A stretch of 64,000 bases of DNA from an uncultured virus (IMG/VR IMGVR_UViG_2645727837_000002) (Duplodnaviria; Heunggongvirae; Uroviricota; Caudoviricetes): positions 1-64,000 of IMG/VR virus record IMGVR_UViG_2645727837_000002. One strand, 5' to 3'. Position 1 is the first letter of the stretch. Every line of letters begins with the position of its first letter. This document shows, piece after piece, positions 18,254 through 27,921 of this stretch. The translations under genes were made by a program, and so were the position numbers. The notes beneath the pieces are model-generated. The model made no database searches. It saw nothing but the letters and a program-made list of their open reading frames with translations, and was not told the origin of the DNA.

Positions 18254-18396
18254 AAAATTCCTTCAAATGTTAGCTGTTTATGCGTCTGTTTCTGCTTCTG
18301 CTCTCTCGCCGTGGTGGTGGACACGTCGAGGAATAAGATCGTACCTTCGTGCTACTAACTACACAATGCTGCTCTATACGATAGATCGCGCCCTCC

Positions 18397-19881
18397 TTAC
18401 GCGAATTCGGCCATCGAGATCTTCCGATCAGTAGCCTTGGTTGAATCGAACATTTCCTCTTCCTGCTGCCGGCGCTGTTCCGACAACCTGAAGACTTCCT
18501 TCGTCGGGTCGACGAGGTTTGCATCACGCGACTTGTTCTCGATGATCTGCATGATCCGCTGATCGATCGAGTCGCGGTACTCCAGCACGTAGATCCGCAG
18601 CGGTCGCGCGCGCTTGCCACGGATGCCCCGGCGATAGGCCTGCACGAATGAGTCGTCCATGTAGTTCAGCGAAGTGAAGACCATCGTTTCAAGGTGGTGC
18701 CAGTTGAAGCCGACACCGGCCGTATCCGGCGATGCAACCACGCAGTCGAGATCGCCGCGGCGAAACGCCTCGTCGATGCGTGCCCGCTGCGTCGATGACA
18801 CGTGGCCGTTGATCAACGCAGTGCGCAGGCCCATCGACTTCGCAATGGCGACGATGCGTTCTTGCTCGGGGACGAGCGCGGCGAACACCGCGATCGGTTC
18901 CCCGGACACGACCGCGTCCGCAAAGTGGATCTTCAAGCGCTCGTCCTTGCCGGTCGTCTCACCCTTGGCCAGCCCGAAAGTCTCGGGGTGAGCCATGATC
19001 TGCCGGCAACGCATCGCATTGACGGCGGGCGACTGGCCTTCAAGGAACTCGTCTTCCAGCTCGACGAGCGCCATTTCCTCCATCTCCTCGTACGCCTTGC
19101 GCTGTTTCGGCGACATGTCGCACAGCTCGGTGACGATGACCTTTGCTTCGGGGCCGTGAACCTCTTCGAACGTGTGGCGCACGGCCACGTGCTGAAGGAT
19201 CTGGCCGAGTCTCTGATGGTTGTGCCACCCGATCGTCGTGCCATACTCGTCCTGAAGCCGGTGTTGGGCAAGGAACGCACCGTACGTGCCGTAGAAACGC
19301 GGCTCGATCACCTGTAGCGCGGGGTACGCGCTCGCGAGCGTGCCCTTGATGATCGTGCCGGTCATGGCCATGAAGCGCTCGATGCTGCGCATCGCGACGT
19401 ACATGTTTTGCGTCCGTCCCGAGTCGTGGCCCGAGTAGCCAAGGTGCCACTCGTCGAAGATCGCAGCGTTCAGCTGGGGGTGCCATTGCTTCATCCGTTG
19501 CCAGTCGTCGGAGAAGCGCTGGAAGCCCATGATGAACACCTTCGCGTCTTCGTTACGCATTTGACGCTCGCGCCGTTTCGCCTCGCCGTCGATGATCTGG
19601 ATCTCACGAGGATGGAAGTTCGTGAATTCCAGCAGCTCGTCCTTGTTCTTCCGCAGTAGCGACATCGGCATGACGAAGTAAGACTTGAATCCCAGTTCGT
19701 CCCACAGGTACTGCGTGTACATGCAGGCCGAGCCAGTCTTCTGCGTCGCCGGGTCCGACAGGTTCATGCAGCGAGGTGTCATGATGTAGAAAGCGAGATC
19801 TGCGATCTGGTGCTCGCGCGGAACCTTCTTCTCGATCGTCACTTGTTCCTGCTCCTGTCTCGAAAATCCCAACGTTGCCAC
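18397..19881 (-). CDS. SF2 (SNF2-like) helicase
   Basis: DPATQKT, FDEWH, MTGT, AGVGFN and QAYRRGIR motifs. Confidence 0.85.
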   Translation of the reverse strand: MATLGFSRQEQEQVTIEKKVPREHQIADLAFYIMTPRCMNLSDPATQKTGSACMYTQYLWDELGFKSYFVMPMSLLRKNKDELLEFTNFHPREIQIIDGEAKRRERQMRNEDAKVFIMGFQRFSDDWQRMKQWHPQLNAAIFDEWHLGYSGHDSGRTQNMYVAMRSIERFMAMTGTIIKGTLASAYPALQVIEPRFYGTYGAFLAQHRLQDEYGTTIGWHNHQRLGQILQHVAVRHTFEEVHGPEAKVIVTELCDMSPKQRKAYEEMEEMALVELEDEFLEGQSPAVNAMRCRQIMAHPETFGLAKGETTGKDERLKIHFADAVVSGEPIAVFAALVPEQERIVAIAKSMGLRTALINGHVSSTQRARIDEAFRRGDLDCVVASPDTAGVGFNWHHLETMVFTSLNYMDDSFVQAYRRGIRGKRARPLRIYVLEYRDSIDQRIMQIIENKSRDANLVDPTKEVFRLSEQRRQQEEEMFDSTKATDRKISMAEFA

Positions 19882-20126
19882 TCGTTCTCCGGCAGTTCAT
19901 CTTTGACCTGTCTGCCTGCCCACTTTTCAAACGTCTCACGGGTCACGACCGGATAACGTCGCCCAATCCCGACAGCAGGGCCGTCGTATGTGATTGCGCC
20001 GAGGAAGTTGATGTGAATGATCATCCTGTCATTCACAAACCCGTTCGCGTTTGAAGGATGCTTCGCGCGCCACACTTGACCGACGTGGAGCGCCTTGCTT
20101 TCTTCAGGGGTTGTCCTATCGTTCAT
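19839..20126 (-). CDS. Hypothetical phage protein
   Basis: Operonic ORF (MNDRTTPEE). Confidence 0.55.
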   Translation of the reverse strand: MNDRTTPEESKALHVGQVWRAKHPSNANGFVNDRMIIHINFLGAITYDGPAVGIGRRYPVVTRETFEKWAGRQVKDELPENEWQRWDFRDRSRNK

Positions 20127-20158
20127 TTCGGTTCCCACACTCCGTTCAGGAGGTCGTC

Positions 20159-20326
20159 ATGAATTGGCTTTGCATCAGGTGCCACCTCGAATTTCCATTT
20201 GATGCCGAAAAAGTCGGAATCGACTCGTTCGGCATCTACGTTTTCTGCCCGCACTGCGGCCGACGCAACAAGCTCATCAACATCGGGAAGCGCGGTCATA
20301 TCGTTCTTCAGCAGACGGGCACGTAA
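20159..20326 (+). CDS. Small Zn-finger protein, antisense to the surrounding operon
   Basis: CAGGAGG RBS then MNWLCIRCH..FCPHCG (two CxxC motifs). Confidence 0.65.
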   Translation: MNWLCIRCHLEFPFDAEKVGIDSFGIYVFCPHCGRRNKLINIGKRGHIVLQQTGT

Positions 20327-20330
20327 CGGA

Positions 20331-20681
20331 TCAGGTCAGCAACCCCGAAACGCTCGTGAAGTAGCTGTGCATCTGACGCAGAAGACGCAACTGCTCGCTC
20401 GTCAACACGCGCTTGGACAGTTCGTGGCCGAGGTGATAAACGGCCTTGATCATGTACTCCCGCGTATACGACGGGCCGAAGCTGTAGAGACGAACGTTGT
20501 GACCAACCCGGTAATACGACGGCACCGTGTTGTTCCAGATCATCTTCAGCGTGTTGAACACGTGACGGGTCTCCATCTTTGCCGGATCGTGCCTGTCGCC
20601 GTGTCGGTCGCGCCAGCGGAACGTGACGTCGATGTGCGTCCGGCGCTCGATATGCGTGCGGAGTTCGACTGCGGTGCTCAT
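20331..20681 (-). CDS. Hypothetical phage protein
   Basis: Coupled ORF. Confidence 0.6.
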   Translation of the reverse strand: MSTAVELRTHIERRTHIDVTFRWRDRHGDRHDPAKMETRHVFNTLKMIWNNTVPSYYRVGHNVRLYSFGPSYTREYMIKAVYHLGHELSKRVLTSEQLRLLRQMHSYFTSVSGLLT

Positions 20682-21406
20682 GCTGCCCTCCCTCGGGCGG
20701 TGGGTAGATCGGAAAGCATGTCCTCGCGACGCGCATAGCGCCGCAATACAGCCACGCCAAGGCTTTCGAGGGGGAGCGACACTATCAGCCCCTCCTCGCC
20801 GGCCAGCAGGGCCGTCTTGAGACGCTGTGCCGGCTTGCGCGCGACGACGTCATACGTGCCTGTGATAATCACGCGACGCGGCATGTACACCGACTGATCG
20901 ATGATCGCGTCAACGACCTTCTGGTACTTCGGGTTGGCCTGCGTCAACACCAGCGGCTGGACGTTGGTTCGCTCCAGCTCTGCACTGATGTCGTTCGGTG
21001 AGAAGTGCCATATCGGCCGCACAATCGGCTGGATAGGGCTGCTCATGCGCGAGAGCGTGAGCAGCGTGAGCGTCATCTCGTCGTTCGTGTCCTCCATCAC
21101 GAACACCCCAGCCTCACCGTCCCCCTTCGGGATTGGCAGCATGACCCTGACCAGCGGGTCCCGAGCCAGAGCCTGGAATTGCTTCCAGTGCGTCGGGTCC
21201 GGAACCGCCGCGCTCACGGGGAAAAGGTGGTTGCATGCAAGCCTGCGCGCCGGCACCACCGCATACGGGGATGGTGCCTTGAGCGACAGGAAGTTCGATG
21301 CGTTGCGACCTTGATGCAGGTACGCAACGCCTTCAGCGTTCCAGTGGATTCCGTACGTCCGTACTTCGATCTTGTGGTCTGCTTCCTCGTTGTGTTGGTC
21401 CTTCAT
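20678..21406 (-). CDS. Hypothetical phage protein
   Basis: 242-aa coupled ORF. Confidence 0.65.
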   Translation of the reverse strand: MKDQHNEEADHKIEVRTYGIHWNAEGVAYLHQGRNASNFLSLKAPSPYAVVPARRLACNHLFPVSAAVPDPTHWKQFQALARDPLVRVMLPIPKGDGEAGVFVMEDTNDEMTLTLLTLSRMSSPIQPIVRPIWHFSPNDISAELERTNVQPLVLTQANPKYQKVVDAIIDQSVYMPRRVIITGTYDVVARKPAQRLKTALLAGEEGLIVSLPLESLGVAVLRRYARREDMLSDLPTARGRAA

Positions 21407-21807
21407 AGCCGTATCAATTCACCGACGTGCTTCTTCGTGTATCCCGAAAGGTCCATGAGATCCGTGAGCGTCACTTCGTAACGTCCGGTCTCGACGGCCG
21501 CGACCTTATGAACGGTCCAACCGAGCCGTTCGGAAGCTTCCTTTCGGGTGTGTTTGAGTTCGATCGCTCTGCTGAACGCAAGCGTCTCGCCAAGCCGCTC
21601 ATGAGTGCGGCCAAGCGTACGTCTCACAGGTTGTCCCTGTTGTTCAGCGTTCTCTACCTTCTTCCGCTGAGACGCCTTGACTCCCTTGGCAGCGATGATT
21701 GCCCTGATCGACGGAATCGACAGAGCGAAATCACGAGCGAGAGCCGAGGCTGACTTGCCGTCGACGTAGAGATCCGCGATCTGTTGATCGCGTTCCTCCT
21801 TCGTCAT
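21403..21807 (-). CDS. Transcriptional regulator with two HTH domains (Mor-like plus XRE-like)
   Basis: RDQQIADLY..SALARDFALSIPSIRAII and RKEASERLGWTVHKVAAVETGR. Confidence 0.7.
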   Translation of the reverse strand: MTKEERDQQIADLYVDGKSASALARDFALSIPSIRAIIAAKGVKASQRKKVENAEQQGQPVRRTLGRTHERLGETLAFSRAIELKHTRKEASERLGWTVHKVAAVETGRYEVTLTDLMDLSGYTKKHVGELIRL

Positions 21808-21815
21808 CGCAAGGC

Positions 21816-22043
21816 TCAGACTTTCATGTAGGGGAAACGAGTCGGGTGCTTCTTGATGAGGCTGCTGAAGGCCGCGCCAAACGATTCGGCCACGACCAGC
21901 TGGTCGACGACTTCCTTCGGCACGTTGCTGTACTGGTACTCGTCGCCGTTCTTGACGAAGACGATGTTGAGTCGCTGATCTTGTTCGTTATATGCGAATG
22001 CGGAGATCTGCGACGAAGTCACAGACGTGTAGCCAGATTTCAT
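21816..22043 (-). CDS. KTSC-domain protein
   Basis: VTSSQISAFAYN..LNIVF..YQYSNVP..LVVAESFG. Confidence 0.85.
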   Translation of the reverse strand: MKSGYTSVTSSQISAFAYNEQDQRLNIVFVKNGDEYQYSNVPKEVVDQLVVAESFGAAFSSLIKKHPTRFPYMKV

Positions 22044-22157
22044 GTTTCGATCTCTTATAGATTGAAGGTTGCTGTTCAGGTGGTGGTGACACCCGTTGCT
22101 ACGGTGAGCCTTTACGGGAAGCGTGGTGGTGGGTCGCTTACCGTGGGGCTTTACTGC

Positions 22158-22418
22158 TTAACCTGCGTACAACACGATCTCTTCCGGCACTTCGATCGCA
22201 ACAGGCGGTTGTCCGATGCCAAACACCGTCAGCTTGATCGTTGCACCGTTACGCAGCTTCTCGATGTCCTCCTGGCTCGGTTGCCAGTACGACATCCAGA
22301 CGTTCTGCTCGTTGTCGCGCACGACGGGTAGAGACCTGCACTTACCATCGCGGTCCTCATTCCAGCCGACCGGCCGGCCGAGGTCGTGGGTCGTGCGCGC
22401 GGTCTTGACGGGCGTCAT
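22158..22418 (-). CDS. Hypothetical phage protein
   Basis: GRPVGW..CRSLPV..SYWQP..LRNG pattern; coupled ORF. Confidence 0.6.
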   Translation of the reverse strand: MTPVKTARTTHDLGRPVGWNEDRDGKCRSLPVVRDNEQNVWMSYWQPSQEDIEKLRNGATIKLTVFGIGQPPVAIEVPEEIVLYAG

Positions 22419-22627
22419 CACGTCGCTGCCCTCCACCCGTCACGCCAGAAGGTCCAGTAGCGGTGAACTTCCGAGTTGGTGTACCCGTCGTCCTTCGGGT
22501 CACGTTCGAGCGACAGGCCTTCGAGCCATTCGTGCTGCTCGAATTCCCGGCGCATCCGATCGTTCTCCGTGGCTTCGTGTGCGGCAGCGACGATCGCAAG
22601 GTTGCGAGCCAGTGGTGATTGACTCAT
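22418..22627 (-). CDS. Hypothetical phage protein
   Basis: Coupled ORF. Confidence 0.55.
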   Translation of the reverse strand: MSQSPLARNLAIVAAAHEATENDRMRREFEQHEWLEGLSLERDPKDDGYTNSEVHRYWTFWRDGWRAAT

Positions 22628-22896
22628 GCCTTCACCTTCGTGCGTCGGAGTTCATCGCGCAGGCGCTTCAGACGCGCGATCTGTTTCTTGTCCAGCAGGC
22701 CGGAGTTGATCGTGTTCGAGACGGCCGAGTACCACGTTTCACGCGAGATCGGGGATTCCTTGCCTTGGTCGTCGGCGACGTTCACGTTCGCGAATTTGCG
22801 GAGCGCTTCACCGGTCTTGACCAGTGCGTCGACAGCTTTGGGTACATCGGCCAGCGGGTGAGGTCTCGCCTCAGTGGTGGTGGTGGTGGTGTTCAT
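22624..22896 (-). CDS. Hypothetical phage protein with poly-Thr N-terminus
   Basis: ATGA overlap with the upstream gene; begins MNTTTTTTE. Confidence 0.6.
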   Translation of the reverse strand: MNTTTTTTEARPHPLADVPKAVDALVKTGEALRKFANVNVADDQGKESPISRETWYSAVSNTINSGLLDKKQIARLKRLRDELRRTKVKA

Positions 22897-23192
22897 TCTG
22901 ATTCCGTACGGAAGATTCCAACTACGGCGGGCGTCTCCATCGATTGCCCGAACCAGTATCCAGGATCGAGACGTGCGTTGACAAGGGTTTTTATCTCCTC
23001 CCACATCCGCAATCCTTCGTCCTGCCAAAACGGGTGATCGTGCATGCGTATCGCCCGCTTCAGTCCGTGTGGCAGGTACTTCTCCTTCAGGTCGACGAAG
23101 GCATTGATGTCGACCTTCAGGAGCACAACGAGCGCGACGTCGACGACGTCGCGCATCTTGCCGCTCTCGGCGCGATAGACGAAGACTTCCAT
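22893..23192 (-). CDS. Hypothetical phage protein
   Basis: Coupled ORF. Confidence 0.55.
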   Translation of the reverse strand: MEVFVYRAESGKMRDVVDVALVVLLKVDINAFVDLKEKYLPHGLKRAIRMHDHPFWQDEGLRMWEEIKTLVNARLDPGYWFGQSMETPAVVGIFRTESE

Positions 23193-23408
23193 CTATCGCA
23201 TCTCGATCTTCGCGCCTTCCGGGATATAGCCCACCGGGAGGACAAAGAAAGTCTTGATGACCCGAAGCTTCTCCAAAGTCCGCATGGTCCGCACCCACGC
23301 GGCGAGCACATGATCGTGGGTGAAATACTTCGGTTCCATGTGGTTATCCAGGTGGTGGACCTGTATCACCTGCGGCGGATTCAACAAGGTGTCCTTTTCC
23401 GATGTCAC
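23193..23408 (-). CDS. Hypothetical phage protein
   Basis: AAGGAGG RBS and GTG start. Confidence 0.55.
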   Translation of the reverse strand: MTSEKDTLLNPPQVIQVHHLDNHMEPKYFTHDHVLAAWVRTMRTLEKLRVIKTFFVLPVGYIPEGAKIEMR

Positions 23409-23946
23409 GTAGTACCTCCTTTATCAGCTCGGGTTGGAAATCGACCATGTACGGGTGATTCACAACGTCCACAAAGGAACGAGGCTGCGTCACCGCAAGC
23501 ATGTTCTCCAGCAACTCGACACATGCTTCCTTCAGCACGGCCATCGCGTCCGCGGGACTGCCCCCTTCCCCGGACACTTGCGTCGGTGGGCCGTTGTCGA
23601 TGAAACGCCAGTGTGTGTAGTTGCAGCACAGCGTGTTACCGCATTCGTTCACGAGCCTGTAGCGGTCGGACTTTGCGACGTCAGGGGTCGCCCACTCGTA
23701 GACGATCTTATGCACGACCTTGCGCCTTCCCCTGCCAACCTTCACAAGCCCATACGACGTCACGACCGTGGGCTGGTAGAAGGGAACCATATCGCTTGTT
23801 CGCACCATCTTCAAGCGCGGACCAGCTTTCGTTTTGGCTCCCCTCCACGGCCAGCAAATATCGAGTTGGCCGAAGTTGTCGATCCGGTCCTTGATACGTG
23901 CGACCAGCGCCGCCAGATCGGCCTTACTGTCGACGGCCTCAGTCAT
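23344..23946 (-). CDS. HNH-like (His-Cys) endonuclease-fold protein, possibly degenerate
   Basis: CWPWRGA..YG..HKIVY..NECGNTLCCNYTH; the usual His before the first Cys is Asn here. Confidence 0.6.
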   Translation of the reverse strand: MTEAVDSKADLAALVARIKDRIDNFGQLDICWPWRGAKTKAGPRLKMVRTSDMVPFYQPTVVTSYGLVKVGRGRRKVVHKIVYEWATPDVAKSDRYRLVNECGNTLCCNYTHWRFIDNGPPTQVSGEGGSPADAMAVLKEACVELLENMLAVTQPRSFVDVVNHPYMVDFQPELIKEVLRDIGKGHLVESAAGDTGPPPG

Positions 23947-24841
23947 AGTCGGGGCAACCGTCAGCGATGTACGTCGACGCCTTGCCGATCATCTGCTTCG
24001 CCTCGCTGATGATCTGTTTGTTCACGCTCCACGCACCCTGATCGATAACAGCGTCGATATGCGACGACACGAGCTGGTCGAGATACTGCGGCGGCAAAGC
24101 ATCAAGCTCCCAACTGGATTCGCCGTACTGGTCAAGATACGTCTTGAACCGGGCGTCCGTGGACTTCGCCGGATTCTCGGGCGGGTTCAGTTCCTCGACT
24201 TGAGCCATGTTGAGCGCGATGCGCTTCAGCTCGAATGAGTGCCCTCCGAACATCCGGAGCCGTTCGAGCAGATCGCGCGTCATATCGATCCCGCTCGGGT
24301 CGTGATCGCCAAGATGCAGAATGAGACCGCGTTGGCCTTCACGCATGCTGGGGATGATGTCGCTCAGCGCGAACTCGCGCAACACCGTCGACGACGGGTA
24401 GCCACGCGCGGCGAGCAGCGGGGTATCATAACGATGGCACACACGTTCGAGCACCCCGACGAGCGCTTCTTTCTCGACGATGACGAACACACGGCGAGAT
24501 TGACCGATCCAGAGGTCCTGATGGTACTGGTCCGCGCACGCGTCGATGATCGACGTCGGGGACGTCCAGCGCGAACGGCGGATGAACGCACGCGTTCGAT
24601 CTTCGAGCATGTCCCAGTCGATCAGGCCCGCAAGCTTTCCGTCGTTGATGATCGACGCCGCGCGCTTGTACTCCTGCAAATTGTTGGGAATGATGTCGCG
24701 AGCGACGAGCTGGTAATACAGCTGACGCGTGGTCAAGACGTACCCTTGGTTCTGATATTCGCGAACGATGTCGTTGATGATTCCGATCAGTTCGAGGGTA
24801 GACGGTTTGAACCGCTTCTCCTCATACTTTTGAGTGGCCAT
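23939..24841 (-). CDS. Topoisomerase VI-A/Spo11-like WHD-TOPRIM protein (Mini-A-like)
   Basis: TTRQLYY (catalytic Tyr region), IVEKEA, RGY, GDHDPSG (DxD), WELDAL. Confidence 0.78.
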   Translation of the reverse strand: MATQKYEEKRFKPSTLELIGIINDIVREYQNQGYVLTTRQLYYQLVARDIIPNNLQEYKRAASIINDGKLAGLIDWDMLEDRTRAFIRRSRWTSPTSIIDACADQYHQDLWIGQSRRVFVIVEKEALVGVLERVCHRYDTPLLAARGYPSSTVLREFALSDIIPSMREGQRGLILHLGDHDPSGIDMTRDLLERLRMFGGHSFELKRIALNMAQVEELNPPENPAKSTDARFKTYLDQYGESSWELDALPPQYLDQLVSSHIDAVIDQGAWSVNKQIISEAKQMIGKASTYIADGCPDYD

Positions 24842-24865
24842 GTTTTCTCTCGAAAATGTCGAAAT

Positions 24866-24895
24866 AAAAGCCGCATGGCTCAAACCATGCGGCTT
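24866..24895 (-). terminator. Intrinsic terminator
   Basis: AAGCCGCATGG-loop-CCATGCGGCTT followed by TTTTATTT on the minus strand. Confidence 0.8.
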
Positions 24896-24924
24896 CAGTT
24901 CGATGAACTACTACGCTTCAGCGA

Positions 24925-25332
24925 TTACTGCGTCTTCAGCAGCGTCGGTTGGAGCTTGTAGTGCTTCGAGAGGTACGTCAGGATCGCGTCGCCGTGCTCC
25001 GCGAGGTTGGCCAGCAGCTGCTCTTCGGTCGCCGCGACCGGCAGAGCGTAACCTTCGGTGATCACGGTGCCGTCCGCGCCCTTCACCGCCTCGATGTGAA
25101 CCGGCTTCACGCCGTGCAGCATGAGGTCAGCGATCTTCTTCAGCGACGTGGTGCGCTCGGCGACGAAGGCTTCACGGGCCTTCTGCTGCTCCTGGAAGCG
25201 GGCTTCGTCCGCGGCCGACCAGTTCGATGCAGCCTTCGGAGCGCCGCGCAGCGCGCGCGGGGACTTGCCGTCGTTGCCGCCCTTGTTCTTCTTCGGAGCA
25301 GCGGAGTTCTTGGTCGTGGTGGTGGGTTCCAT
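24925..25332 (-). CDS. Hypothetical phage protein
   Basis: GAAGGA RBS; strongly biased codons; own terminator. Confidence 0.65.
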   Translation of the reverse strand: MEPTTTTKNSAAPKKNKGGNDGKSPRALRGAPKAASNWSAADEARFQEQQKAREAFVAERTTSLKKIADLMLHGVKPVHIEAVKGADGTVITEGYALPVAATEEQLLANLAEHGDAILTYLSKHYKLQPTLLKTQ

Positions 25333-25393
25333 CTTCAATTCCTTCAGGGTTTGTTTTGGTTGAGAGAGGTGATCAGCCTGCCAGGTCGGCCAA

Positions 25394-25774
25394 TCAGGTA
25401 CGGCCTCTCATCGACACGGGTAGCAATCCCGTGTCGATGAGATGGTTCAGGACAACGACCGGCGTGGAAACCGGGAACGTCCTGACACATTCGCTGAGAC
25501 CCAGTGCGATGGCATCGATGGCCTTTTTACGCACAGTCGCAGCTTCAGCTTCGGTGGGTCGCGGGAGGTAAGGCACGAGCGCGCGGCAGATCTGCTCGGC
25601 CCGCTCAATCAGCCCGTCCGTGATGTCGGTCTCGCTGATGTCGCGATAAGCAAACGTGCTCACGACGGCTTCGACAGACGCCCGCTGATGGGCCTCTACT
25701 TCTTCCTTGCGCGATGCCAGTTCGCGCAGCAGACGCTCGTCGTCGTCCGTCCAGGTTGTGGTGGTGGTGGTCAT
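25394..25774 (-). CDS. Hypothetical phage protein with poly-Thr N-terminus
   Basis: Begins MTTTTTTW. Confidence 0.6.
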   Translation of the reverse strand: MTTTTTTWTDDDERLLRELASRKEEVEAHQRASVEAVVSTFAYRDISETDITDGLIERAEQICRALVPYLPRPTEAEAATVRKKAIDAIALGLSECVRTFPVSTPVVVLNHLIDTGLLPVSMRGRT

Positions 25775-25832
25775 GTCTCAATCCGCGACACATCGACAAG
25801 GGCCAGCTTATCGGTGCATCGGTATTCTTTCT

Positions 25833-26066
25833 TTACAGGTGACGGTTGTCCGAGATCTCGTTGTTGAACGCGCGGCCCCGCGCGGTGTTGCCACGCAATG
25901 CGAAGGCATCCTTCTCATTCTCGAACTTCTTGCCGATGTACTGGCGCAGCTCGACGCCATCCCAATCGGCAGGCATGTGCTCGATGCGCTTCATCACGTC
26001 ATCCTGCACATTCTTGATGAGGTCTTTCACGAACTTTCGTTTCTGTGCTGCCGTCTGCAATGCCAT
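25833..26066 (-). CDS. Hypothetical phage protein
   Basis: AAAGGTG RBS; MPADWDGVELRQYI. Confidence 0.6.
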   Translation of the reverse strand: MALQTAAQKRKFVKDLIKNVQDDVMKRIEHMPADWDGVELRQYIGKKFENEKDAFALRGNTARGRAFNNEISDNRHL

Positions 26067-26228
26067 CTTGCTATCACCTTTGGATCGCTAGATCATACAT
26101 TAGATGATCGTTATTTTGTTGAAATATTAACCGTGCAGTTTGCTATAACCGTTGATCCCGGCATTGCCTACCGCGTCGGTTGATGGAGATGCCATTCTAT
26201 TGAAGAAACGCTCCTCCTTCCATCTTGA

Positions 26229-26939
26229 CTATACGATAGTCGGCACGTCCCGTTCGGCCCAATGCCGACGTTCAAGCTCCTCCCTTTTATTGGCCTCTTG
26301 CGCGGTTTTCACCTGAAAAATCAGGCTCTTTGCGCATTCGAACGCGACAGCCACATGGCAGTCCTTGTACGACTCGACGCCACCCACGCTGTCGCTGAAG
26401 CGCTCGTCTTCGACGAGTTCACCTTCATCGTTTGTACGAAGGAGCGTCACCTTGACCCACATGTATTCCCATTGGTCATTACACCATTGGAGGAGAAATT
26501 CGAAATCGCGGCGAACGGCTTCTGCGCGAATTTCTCCACTCGTTAAACGTTTGCTGGGATCTCTTCCAGGCGTTTCCACGGTTTCCCAATCAAGACGAGG
26601 CACGCGCAAACCATTGACGACCTGATATTGGGCACGCTTTACGCGTCGCACGCGCTTTCTGGATAGCCGCTTGATCAATTCCGCCTGATCTTCCTCGCTC
26701 AAACCCCATCCGTCATTCTTGGCGATCTGGTTAGACGCCGCGATGTCGTAATAGCGGCGCGAGGCACGATCCGACACCAGCAGGACTTCGCCGGGCCGTT
26801 TGTCCCGACGCGTCCAGTCCGACACGACGCCGTGGCCGTCGTGGTTGTTCCACGGCTCGCTGATGTCGTCGTCTCGTTCAAACTGAACCTTGAAGCTATA
26901 TCCTTCAAGCTCGAATGTCTCTCCGTTGTACAGGCGCAT
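26229..26939 (-). CDS. Hypothetical early phage protein
   Basis: 236-aa ORF in the leftward cluster. Confidence 0.65.
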   Translation of the reverse strand: MRLYNGETFELEGYSFKVQFERDDDISEPWNNHDGHGVVSDWTRRDKRPGEVLLVSDRASRRYYDIAASNQIAKNDGWGLSEEDQAELIKRLSRKRVRRVKRAQYQVVNGLRVPRLDWETVETPGRDPSKRLTSGEIRAEAVRRDFEFLLQWCNDQWEYMWVKVTLLRTNDEGELVEDERFSDSVGGVESYKDCHVAVAFECAKSLIFQVKTAQEANKREELERRHWAERDVPTIV

Positions 26940-26946
26940 GGTGTAC

Positions 26947-27261
26947 CTACTTTGTGATCCCCGCCGCCTTTAACGCCTTCGGCCACCAGCGACGTGCCCG
27001 GTCGTTGGCAGGGTGCAGGGAGATGTTGCGGAAGGAGCCGTCACGATGATCGCGCTCCCCGTGAGAAGTGATCCAGCGGGGGTTCGGAGACGGGTAGTCG
27101 CTCGGTTCAGCACCGGCGTATTCGAAACTGAGCAGCTGAACCAGCTCCTTGAACGTGTATGAAACGTCTTGCCAGTCGAAGCCCGTCTCCTCGGCATCCC
27201 CCTGTTCAGCACTCTCGGCCGTGATGACCTCATAGGTCTGGTGGAATTTCATTGCCGTCAT
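26947..27261 (-). CDS. Hypothetical early phage protein
   Basis: YEVITAESAEQGDAEETGF; coupled ORF. Confidence 0.6.
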   Translation of the reverse strand: MTAMKFHQTYEVITAESAEQGDAEETGFDWQDVSYTFKELVQLLSFEYAGAEPSDYPSPNPRWITSHGERDHRDGSFRNISLHPANDRARRWWPKALKAAGITK

Positions 27262-27422
27262 ACGATGATCCTTGCCATTGCGCGGACGTCTGCATCCGAC
27301 ATGTCATGAAACTGCTGCGTGACGAGGGAACGAAACGATTCCTCGAAACCGACCTTGCGTGCTTGCTCAACAGTCGCCGCTACGAGGTACGTCCGCAAAA
27401 CTTGCGTATCAGACATGAACAT
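27258..27422 (-). CDS. Hypothetical small protein
   Basis: AAGGA RBS downstream of the terminator; start shortened from the ORF track. Confidence 0.45.
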   Translation of the reverse strand: MFMSDTQVLRTYLVAATVEQARKVGFEESFRSLVTQQFHDMSDADVRAMARIIV

Positions 27423-27454
27423 GTGCAGATCCTTTTGTGCTGAATTGAGAAAAT

Positions 27455-27480
27455 AAAAAGCCCACCGATCGGTGGGCTTT
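27455..27480 (-). terminator. Intrinsic terminator after the lipoprotein gene
   Basis: AAAGCCCACC-GATC-GGTGGGCTTT followed by a T tract. Confidence 0.85.
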
Positions 27481-27507
27481 GAACATGGTGTAGCGACTAG
27501 ACGTCGC

Positions 27508-27921
27508 TCATTCAAGGGCAGGTTGCAACAACACCCCGCTCGATGAGTCGAGCCGGTATGTTTTGTATCGACTTGGAACGTTGATCACGATGGACTGAGG
27601 CTCAATGCTTGTCCACACGCCGTTGCGCGCAGAAAGCATGTGCTCGCCAGCGGGAAGGTATAGATCGACGCGCTCATCGGTCGCCATTGATGCGATCTTC
27701 ATACCATCGGCCAATAGTTCATAGCGCGCACCCCCACCCGAGATAAACGAGCCACCAGTGCGTATAACCGTGATCTTCTGCGCACCTTCCACTGGTTGCG
27801 CAAACTTCGTCGAATAGACCCTGTCCGCAGGAACGTCCTTTGCCTGCTCAAGTGGAAGAGTTCTAGACGCACACGCCGTCAAACACCCCGTAAGAGCAAT
27901 GCAGAGAATCACCTTGTTCAC
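27508..27921 (-). CDS. Lipoprotein, moron-like
   Basis: Signal peptide MNKVILCIALTGCLTA-C (lipobox); own terminator; lower GC. Confidence 0.75.
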   Translation of the reverse strand: MNKVILCIALTGCLTACASRTLPLEQAKDVPADRVYSTKFAQPVEGAQKITVIRTGGSFISGGGARYELLADGMKIASMATDERVDLYLPAGEHMLSARNGVWTSIEPQSIVINVPSRYKTYRLDSSSGVLLQPALE

